Source of the DNA: a virus
Lineage: Duplodnaviria > Caudoviricetes
IMG/VR virus record: IMGVR_UViG_3300042924_005627
Coordinates: 1-62,567 of that record
Direction: 5' to 3' (one strand)
Length of the DNA: 62,567 nt
Part shown: piece by piece, positions 56,101-62,567 of the stretch
Numbering within the stretch: position 1 is the stretch's first letter
Layout: each line of letters opens with the position of its first letter
Made by a program: the position numbers and the translations under genes
Notes under the pieces: model-generated
What the model saw: only the letters and a program-made list of their open reading frames with translations
Database searches by the model: none
What the model was told of the DNA's origin: nothing

Positions 56101-59100
56101 TCAGGATGTAAGAAATCTATACCCACAAATTGACAGAGATAACTATAACTCTGATCCACTTCCTACATTAAGTTACGCTGAATTATATCCCGCTGGAATT
56201 GTTAGAACTAGTGATAAAAAGAACTCTCTCACCAAAGAAGCTTTAAATTATTTCTTCGATAATAGTAGAGTTGGTTATGCAATTACTGGAGCGGTAATTA
56301 CTGGATCTGGAAACACAACCATAACTCTTTATACAGATATTGACCATAATTTAAATTCTATTAGATCTCTAACATTAACAAATCCAGGTTCAGGATATAA
56401 CAATAATGCTGGGGTTACAAGTACGATCTACTCAGCTGAGTTAATTAATAATTTCATAACTGGAAAAAATGCTACTGCAAAAGTAACAATTTCTGTTGGA
56501 AATACTATTTCATCTGTAGAAATTGTTGATCCTGGTTCCGTATATGGAATCGGAAATACTATGATTATTTCCGCAGATCCTGCAGGGGCTCCTTCAAGTT
56601 ATGCTGTTGTTCAAGTTGCATCTATCAATAATAACATTGGTGATTCTATAGAATTGAGTGGATTCATGGAACCACTCATGAATGGAACATTCAAAATCAT
56701 AGATGTTCCTTCAACTAAATCTATTGCTGTAATACGAGAAGGTGGCCTCCCTTCAGCAACTTACAGAACTAGAAATGATGAGAAAATCCCAATTGCATAT
56801 CTATCTGCAAAAGAGGTTGGAGTAAGTTCAATTAGGTTTAATGGAACAGTTGGAATTACAACAGTAATTTGTTCAGAGGGTCATGGACTTCTACCTGGTA
56901 ACACATTCACATTTGTCGGTGTAGGAAATACTTATTTCTCTAAAAAATTCGTTGTCAACGAATCTCTAGGTATTACTTCGTTCACTTTTAGTTCTGGAAT
57001 TACTACTATTCCTCAGACCTGGAATCAAACTGGAGTAACCGTACATAAATCCACCCTTTCAGCAAACGGAAGAGCTTTAGGATCTGGAGAAGAAAACCTT
57101 GGCGGTAGAGGTAACTTTTTATACGCTGGAATTACCACTACATTATCCACTCCAATCACTTCAACTGACACTTCTATAACATTAACAAGTTCAGATGGAT
57201 TTAGAAAGGGTGATTTTATTTCCATCAACTCGGAAATTATTAGACTTTCTAGTGACCCAGCTGGAAATACATTTAATGTACTAAGAGGTCAGTTCTCTAC
57301 AGTTGCATCTGTCAGTGGTTCTGGTTCAATAGTAAGAAAAATTCGTGTTCTTCCAGTAGAAATTCGTAGACCATCCATTCTTCGTGCTTCTGGTCATACA
57401 TTTGAATATCTTGGTTATGGTCCTGGTAACTACTCAACAGGTCTGCCAGTAAAACAAGATAGAATTTTAAGTACTGATGAGAGTTTAGTTTCTCAAGCAA
57501 GAGAACAAGATGGTGGTACAGTCGTTTACACTGGTATGAACGACAGAGGTGAATTCTATACTGGTGCTTCAAAGGTTAATGGTGCAACTGGTGAGGAAGA
57601 GACTGTTGATGCTCCAGTTGTTTCATTCTTTGGCGATGACTTATTAACTGGTTCAGAAAAGAGAAACAGTGGTGTTTTTGATGACTTGGTTGTTAAAGAA
57701 AGAATCACGGTTGAAGGTGGTGAAAATAGTAATCAAACATCACAATTCTATGGTCCAGTCAACTTCTCACAAAAAGTAACCAGTTCCGCTGATGATGGAC
57801 TTGAAACAAGAGATCTATACATTAAAGGTCTTGCATCTCAACCCAAACTTCTAACTGTTGGTATTTCGACTCCAACAGACGCTAAGAAAACTGGAGATAT
57901 CTCGTTCCTAGCTAACCCAGATCCAGCTGGTTACATTGGTCATGTATATGCAGATGGTGACTGGCGTCGTTGGGGTATGATTTCCCAAGATAAGAATAGA
58001 GATTATCTAAAACTAGATCAAATTGGTATAGGTCAGTCTGTTGGAGTTTATAACTTCTCTGATGCACTAGAAGTTAACGGAACAGTTAAAGTTAGAAACC
58101 TCTATGTAGGTGGTGCAGTTACATTTGCTGGTGCTCAGGCAATCGGTAATGCTTCGTTTGATACTGTTACAGTTAACAATACAACAATATTCTCTGGAGT
58201 TGGAACAAATTACACAATTAGAACAACGAATGCGAATACAATCGCACAATTCCAAAACATAGAAGTTATTGGAACTGCTGCAACATTCACAAACGCTACA
58301 GTAAGATTTGAAAATTCATTCAACTCCGTATTCAGTGGAGTATCTACTGTTGCTGGAACTTTAGTTGTTGGTAATTTAGTTTCAAATAGTGGTGTCATTT
58401 CAGCAACAAATATGGTCGTTGACAGTTTAAATGTCAACAGGTTGTCTGTATCAACTGAAGCTTCAATACAGTCTGGTATTATTACTGCAATCAGAACTCA
58501 ATATATTGGTGGTGGAGTTGGAGCTAATTTACCATCCCTAGCATGTTTTAATATTGGTATTGTAACTTCGATTACTGGTGTTGCATGTACGATCACAACA
58601 ATTAGTGGTACTAATGCTTTCATTAGTGGTATTAGAGCAAATACATCCTTTGCAACTCCACTTGCAACAATCAACACTGGTATTATTACAAACCTTGGAA
58701 GTAATGTTGCAGGAATTACAAGTGCCTATGTAGTCACTGGATTTACAACTACTGCTGTTGTTACTGGTTGGATGGGAGCTCCAACAGGTTATATTAACGT
58801 TGGTATTGTAACTACTGCACAAGTTAATACATTACATGGTCAAAATGGTCAGGATCTAACTGCTTTTGTTAATACTGGTATAATTACAAACCTAAGTGGT
58901 AACCCTAGTGGTGCAACTGGAGGAACACTTAGATATCTAAATGGACAATTTGGTGGAAGTTTACAGTTAAATGGCACAGGAAGTGGTCAGGGTATTTACG
59001 CAAATATCGGTATTGTTAGTGCATTTGGGCCTGGTGCTACGAATCCATCTGCTGGAAGTATGAACATCAATTGCGGTCCTTCTGGGGATATAACCGCAAG

Positions 59101-59689
59101 AGTAATTACTTCCACAGTTGCAACAGGAACTTCACCACTTGTAGTTACATCAACAACAGAAGTTGCTAACTTAAATGCTAGTCGAGTTGGTGGACGAACT
59201 CTCACAGGACTCCTAAGAGGTGCAGTTGATGTATGGCAGGTTAGTGATGATGGAAAAAATAGATTATATTTTGGAAACAACTCCACAACATACTTTGGAT
59301 CTCAAGGTGGATATCAATTTAGATCAAGCACTGATACTACTATTTTCTCAATTGATAATAGTGGAAATGTTTCTGCTACTGGAGAAATTACCGCAAGTTC
59401 TGATGAAAGAATCAAAACTAACATCAAAACTATTGAAAATGGTTTAGATAAAGTTACTCAACTTCGTGGTGTTGAATATGATCGTATTGATATTGAATCA
59501 CATCAAATTGGTGTAATTGCACAAGAAATTGAAAAAGTTCTACCAGATGTTGTTCATACTGATGAAAAAGGAATGAAGTCAGTTGCTTATGGTAACTTAA
59601 CTGCTGTTCTAATTGAAGCAATTAAAGAACTTAAAGGTGAGATTTCCGAACTTCGTGCAGAAGTGAATGAATTAAAGGGTACTAAATAA
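53147..59689 (+). CDS. long tail fibre (2180 aa) with C-terminal intramolecular chaperone (peptidase S74-like)
   Basis: MPLSRL.NFLKN..G.ILYVNP N-terminus; NxGIxT repeats; SDERIKTNI...GVIAQE...V.Y..L...LIEAIKEL; CTAAATA at 53105. Confidence 0.88.
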   Translation: MPLSRLENFLKNAEGNILYVNPSDFDATDSIENRGNSLTRPFRTIQRAVLEAARFSYLVGRNNDKIDTTTILVYPGVHYIDNRPGHSITNQSGTAEFKRYLNGSWTTSGATLSEFTLNSNFDIFDEDNDLHKYNSTEGGVVLPRGTSIVGLDLRKTKLRPMYVPDPLNDNVDPTSIFRVTGTCYFTAFSIFDADPQRACYKDSTGRKVVPNYSHHKLTCFEYADGINQVKLGSEHTGLTDLEMYYYKVSYAYGDTSGRGIPNYPVNNTSDFEPSIDEYRIVGDLRADPIGITSIKSGNGIVPSTTITVTTSAPHNLFKDTPVLITGITTSVDEYNGSFLVSDVISATEFKYVAPATPVIALPTSGQILNARTIVESDSVSSASPYIFSCTLRSVYGMNGLHADGSKATGFKSMLTAQFTGISLQKDDNAFLLYDSETGIYNENLTVDDADKPLHTNSRAIYRPGWENFHMKCSNNSILQCVSIFAIGFARHFVAESGGDQSITNSNSNFGAVSLEAVGFRPESFDRDDVGYITHVIPPRELIFRETNVTWLPLDVNKIISAGNTARLYISGYDSADIAPPSQIDSYRIGAKENEELYLSVIIGSQQNNFKAPILMQVPSGIGTSSKKVYTVGRNSGINSITSNILTLQSNHQFFNGEKVRVLSDNGDLPENLSPDKIYYVSTSGLSANQIRLSSTLNDANSGNTISGISNGGGRLEVISYVSDKRPGDAGHPIQYDSTISNWYIQSTPVTVFNTVYTGIVGIGSTTLGNQTGSTFITRRIDNRGLDDRIYKFRYVIPKEFVDARPPTDGFVLQESKSVGISSVSYLTSALTDVTQLRNPKIIKTITYSSGSAFVKTELPHNLVIGDTVKISNVVSSAQTVASYNGSFEVISVTNSKEFSVGGFDASPGTFLNQTNQRSTQQQIEALPTIQKEKSRESIYIYRSQEVKPFIPGAGGQDGIYNIIALSGSIRPNSNVGFGLSNTNFNQDVRNLYPQIDRDNYNSDPLPTLSYAELYPAGIVRTSDKKNSLTKEALNYFFDNSRVGYAITGAVITGSGNTTITLYTDIDHNLNSIRSLTLTNPGSGYNNNAGVTSTIYSAELINNFITGKNATAKVTISVGNTISSVEIVDPGSVYGIGNTMIISADPAGAPSSYAVVQVASINNNIGDSIELSGFMEPLMNGTFKIIDVPSTKSIAVIREGGLPSATYRTRNDEKIPIAYLSAKEVGVSSIRFNGTVGITTVICSEGHGLLPGNTFTFVGVGNTYFSKKFVVNESLGITSFTFSSGITTIPQTWNQTGVTVHKSTLSANGRALGSGEENLGGRGNFLYAGITTTLSTPITSTDTSITLTSSDGFRKGDFISINSEIIRLSSDPAGNTFNVLRGQFSTVASVSGSGSIVRKIRVLPVEIRRPSILRASGHTFEYLGYGPGNYSTGLPVKQDRILSTDESLVSQAREQDGGTVVYTGMNDRGEFYTGASKVNGATGEEETVDAPVVSFFGDDLLTGSEKRNSGVFDDLVVKERITVEGGENSNQTSQFYGPVNFSQKVTSSADDGLETRDLYIKGLASQPKLLTVGISTPTDAKKTGDISFLANPDPAGYIGHVYADGDWRRWGMISQDKNRDYLKLDQIGIGQSVGVYNFSDALEVNGTVKVRNLYVGGAVTFAGAQAIGNASFDTVTVNNTTIFSGVGTNYTIRTTNANTIAQFQNIEVIGTAATFTNATVRFENSFNSVFSGVSTVAGTLVVGNLVSNSGVISATNMVVDSLNVNRLSVSTEASIQSGIITAIRTQYIGGGVGANLPSLACFNIGIVTSITGVACTITTISGTNAFISGIRANTSFATPLATINTGIITNLGSNVAGITSAYVVTGFTTTAVVTGWMGAPTGYINVGIVTTAQVNTLHGQNGQDLTAFVNTGIITNLSGNPSGATGGTLRYLNGQFGGSLQLNGTGSGQGIYANIGIVSAFGPGATNPSAGSMNINCGPSGDITARVITSTVATGTSPLVVTSTTEVANLNASRVGGRTLTGLLRGAVDVWQVSDDGKNRLYFGNNSTTYFGSQGGYQFRSSTDTTIFSIDNSGNVSATGEITASSDERIKTNIKTIENGLDKVTQLRGVEYDRIDIESHQIGVIAQEIEKVLPDVVHTDEKGMKSVAYGNLTAVLIEAIKELKGEISELRAEVNELKGTK

Positions 59690-59719
59690 TTTTGTCAGAG
59701 TTATTTTGATTTGAAACAC

Positions 59720-59881
59720 ATGGATGATAAAGCGCAACAAATGGCAACTCAACTTACAGAAAGATCTGAAAAGTTGAGAGAAGAACTCGTTGAACTAGAA
59801 AGACAATTTAATATCAAAAAAGAAGAGTTCTTTAAAATTCAAGGAGCTCTAGAAGCAATTCAAGCTATGTCTCAGGATTGA
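59720..59881 (+). CDS. small coiled-coil protein (53 aa)
   Basis: Hand-translated MDDKAQQMATQL...KIQGALEAI. Confidence 0.65.
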   Translation: MDDKAQQMATQLTERSEKLREELVELERQFNIKKEEFFKIQGALEAIQAMSQD

Positions 59882-59912
59882 AACCCCACAGAGTTATTAT
59901 AAAAAGAATCCA

Positions 59913-59947
59913 GGGGCTTTGTCAATATTGACAATTGCCCCTTTTTT
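59913..59947 (+). terminator. terminator hairpin overlapping back-to-back -35 boxes
   Basis: GGGGC-T-TTGTCAATATTGACAA-TT-GCCCC-TTTTTT. Confidence 0.65.
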
Positions 59948-59975
59948 GTCTATATTTAAATCATTTCTTCTTACC

Positions 59976-60251
59976 ATGACTGATAAAACACCAGAATTTA
60001 TAGATCCCAATCAATATCCAGATTTTTGGGAACAGATGAAAAGTTTTAAAGAATTTGCAAAATCTGTTGGACAGAATGTTGTCGAAGGAGACGGTATTTT
60101 TGTCTCAGATCAAAAAATTGAGAATAGAGAAAAAATTTGCAATGATTGTTCTCAATTTAACAGAGAAAGTAAAAAATGTTATCTTTGCGGTTGTTACATG
60201 GTGGTTAAATGGAAATTCAAAGCCGCATCATGTCCTATGGAATTATGGTAA
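59976..60251 (+). CDS. Cys-rich metal-binding protein
   Basis: R..IC..C...C..CGC...K......CP...W. Confidence 0.7.
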   Translation: MTDKTPEFIDPNQYPDFWEQMKSFKEFAKSVGQNVVEGDGIFVSDQKIENREKICNDCSQFNRESKKCYLCGCYMVVKWKFKAASCPMELW

Positions 60252-60254
60252 GTC

Positions 60255-60283
60255 TTGACAAACTACTAAATATCTGATATTCT
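60255..60283 (+). promoter_or_regulatory. sigma70-type promoter
   Basis: TTGACA-17-TATTCT with extended TG. Confidence 0.6.
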
Positions 60284-60304
60284 GGAGTCAAACCCATAAA
60301 ACCA

Positions 60305-60694
60305 ATGAAAAAACTGTTCCTACTTCCACTGATCGCATCCTTGTTTTCAGTGCCAGTTCAGGCTCAACAGGTAAATGATTATCAAACCTGCACAAAGTAT
60401 CGTGAGGTTTACAATCCTGGTTACTATGATAGATACGGAAATTATGTTCAAGGAAACGTTGCAACGCAGTCTTACCAAGTCCCTTGTGGAGCTGGACCCA
60501 TCAATTATCAGCCACGCGGAAATGGCTACTATGGGAATAATTATTCTGGTCGCGGTTATTGTAATCCTACGCAGAGCGCACTAGGCGCACTTCTGGGAGG
60601 CGGTGTGGGTGCTGCACTATCAAGAGGTGATGGAAGGTGGTGGGCGGTGCCTGTGGGTGCGGCCGTGGGTGGTGCGATGTTCGGATGTAATTAA
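60305..60694 (+). CDS. exported glycine-zipper protein
   Basis: Signal peptide MKKLFLLPLIASLFSVPVQA; GALLGGGVGAALSRGDGRWWAVPVGAAVGG. Confidence 0.75.
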   Translation: MKKLFLLPLIASLFSVPVQAQQVNDYQTCTKYREVYNPGYYDRYGNYVQGNVATQSYQVPCGAGPINYQPRGNGYYGNNYSGRGYCNPTQSALGALLGGGVGAALSRGDGRWWAVPVGAAVGGAMFGCN

Positions 60695-60720
60695 AATAAA
60701 TAACTAAAAAGATAAGTGCA

Positions 60721-61576
60721 ATGAAAACATTTCAAGAATTTTTAGAACAGATTGAACTTGCACAACAACAAAAGGAACTTGCTGCCAAAAAAACTATTGC
60801 GAATACCAAGATGAGTGCAGTTGCAGGTATGAGACATCGCAGACATGTTCATGGAGAATTGTCTCACATGGCAGATTATGAACGTCATCACAGACAAGAA
60901 GTAGAAAAGAAATATACTCCCTTTAAATAATTTTCAATGAATTTGATTAAATTTAAATACCGTAAATTTTTGATTAAGTACAATCATCGTGAAGATTTTG
61001 GTCACGAATGGTATGTTCAGATTTTAAATATCAAACGTTGGAGTTTGCTTCAACTTTCTGTGAGTTGGAATGATTATCCATCTTGGCCTTATCTACAAAT
61101 CAAGTCTGGATCTGGTGATGTTTTGAGTATTCTATTTTGGGCATATAAGTTTGGATTTGATATTGATTTTATCTCTCGTACTTGGAACTGGGATCATTTG
61201 GAGGAACTAGATGAAGACGAAACTGAACTGGTTTGAATATTATTTTGGACACTGTTTCCAGACTGGTTGGAGAGAAATATGGAATAACTTCAAGATGTGG
61301 CGTGACCTCATCAGCGGAAACTATGCTGATTATGCTCTGTTGAAAACTGATGATCCGTATGAAGAATGTTATCAGTGGTTCTGGTGTAGCATCAATATGG
61401 ATGAAACTTATCCGAAAGAGTTTCTTGAATATCTGATGGAAATGTGTGATAGGATTGATCGTGGTGAAGAAAAGGTCTATCCACTTGATGAGGATTTCTT
61501 TGATAGAATAAAAGAACTTACTGATTATGAGGACACTTTGGAAACTGGCACAGCAGAAGAGACTGAAGAAACCTGA
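60721..61576 (+). other. three hypothetical ORFs (60721-60930, 60937-61236, 61211-61576)
   Basis: ORF track; tiling. Confidence 0.65.
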
Positions 61577-61587
61577 TGTGATATGAT
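61531..61587 (+). promoter_or_regulatory. second copy of the early-promoter element
   Basis: GGACACTTTGGAAACTGGCACA about 30 nt before TG-A-TATGAT; no canonical -35. Confidence 0.6.
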
Positions 61588-61610
61588 GGCCACATCAAAA
61601 CAGAAATCTC

Positions 61611-62567
61611 ATGAAACCCAAACTTTATCACATACTCGATATTGCAGTTGAGGATGGTGTCAAACAGGGATGGTATCGTGCTCATAAACATGTAGAGAAT
61701 CCTTCTGAAGAAAGTATCAAAGAAGCTATTGAGGATGCAGTGATGTCTGCAATTCATGAATACTTTACATTTGATGAGTCGGAGTATTATTCATGAGATT
61801 TCGTAAGATTGAATTTCGTTTCAGTAAATACAATAACAAGTATGAACTGGTTAGTTGGTATGAAAACACAGATGGTAGTGAAAACTGCTATGTGATTGCT
61901 TTCTTTGATAAACACAAAGAAGGTTATGATATGAGAACCATCGGTACTAGATTTTTTGAGGATAAAGATGCTTGGGTTGTTGGTAAGTATGGTTTGGAGT
62001 TTCTAAACGCTATCTCTGTTATTGAAAAAGAGGAAGAGGAATTGAAATGACATACCTCATCACTTTCTACTACAAAAACGATTTGGAACAACGATACCAA
62101 CGACACAAAACAATGCAGATGGCAATTGCGACTGCTAATCTTCTGATTGCTCACGGTGATTATGTGATTGATAGTATTACTACTGAATATGGTGAAGAAG
62201 AATGACTAAAATCCAACTCAAAGCAATCACAGTAACTTACACCCGAACTCTCACAGTTGCTCCCACAACTGAAATGTTTGAGGACTGGGAAGATTATCCA
62301 GACCAAGAAGGATTTGAGAGTTTAGTGCTTAATGAATTGTTTGATAAAATTCATTATGAGATGGGAGGACCCGCAAATCCTATGCCTTACACTAATGTAG
62401 AACAGTTTGAAACCGTTGAGATTGATTGGGATGGTGAAGAATGACTGACGCAGCATACAAAGTTTGGGAAGCATTCAAAGGTGAATTGATTGTTGAACCC
62501 ACAGATGATATGAAAGAAGCACTTGCTACTGCTATCCGTGAGATTGCTGACCAACTTTATTTTGACC
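61611..62567 (+). other. tiled small early-type ORFs (61611-61796, 61793-62050, 62047-62205, 62202-62444, 62441 to window end)
   Basis: ATGA overlaps throughout; last ORF truncated by the window. Confidence 0.65.

Noticed and set aside
568-62154. Opposite-strand and nested short ORFs in the track (e.g. 23977-24375, 28614-29114, 31983-32420, 40657-41109, 45865-46377)
   Set aside because: They lie antisense to well-supported genes and show no motifs; treated as shadow ORFs.
1-62567. Stop-codon reassignment
   Set aside because: Core genes are full length under the standard code, all three stops are used, and no suppressor tRNA was found.

Overview
A 62.6 kb segment of an AT-rich T4-like cyanomyovirus genome (cp12, phoH, speD and thyX point to a Synechococcus/Cyanobium-type host; freshwater origin is a guess). 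In order: (1) 1-8 kb, dense small early-type ORFs with tRNA-Ala, a GT11-like glycosyltransferase and a radical SAM enzyme; (2) 8-19 kb, two tail-collar-like genes after a late promoter, then a tightly coupled 10-gene modification operon (double 2OG-Fe(II) oxygenase, five GT25-like paralogues, short DegT aminotransferase, second oxygenase, amidinotransferase, NodU/CmcH carbamoyltransferase); (3) 19-33 kb, HNH, glutaredoxin, speD, a nitrogen-sensing cassette, thyX, two GT2/GT7-like genes, phoH, exonuclease, gp33, gp59, gp32; (4) 33-51 kb, baseplate/tail module with an enlarged gp53, gp48, gp2, gp4, tail-tube-like gene, gp26, gp51, two cell-wall hydrolase fusions, cp12, gp5 and duplicated fibre genes; (5) 51-62.5 kb, three tRNAs (Ile-UAU, Leu-UAA, Thr-UGU), a Mom-like gene, a candidate sRNA, a 2180-aa tail fibre and more small ORFs. 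The two most interesting signals are the NtcA box followed by two glutamine-riboswitch-like aptamers that each enclose a small gene in their P2 loop (25.1-25.95 kb), and the aminoglycoside-like tailoring operon (10.1-19.1 kb). All calls come from motif recognition by eye; no searches were run.
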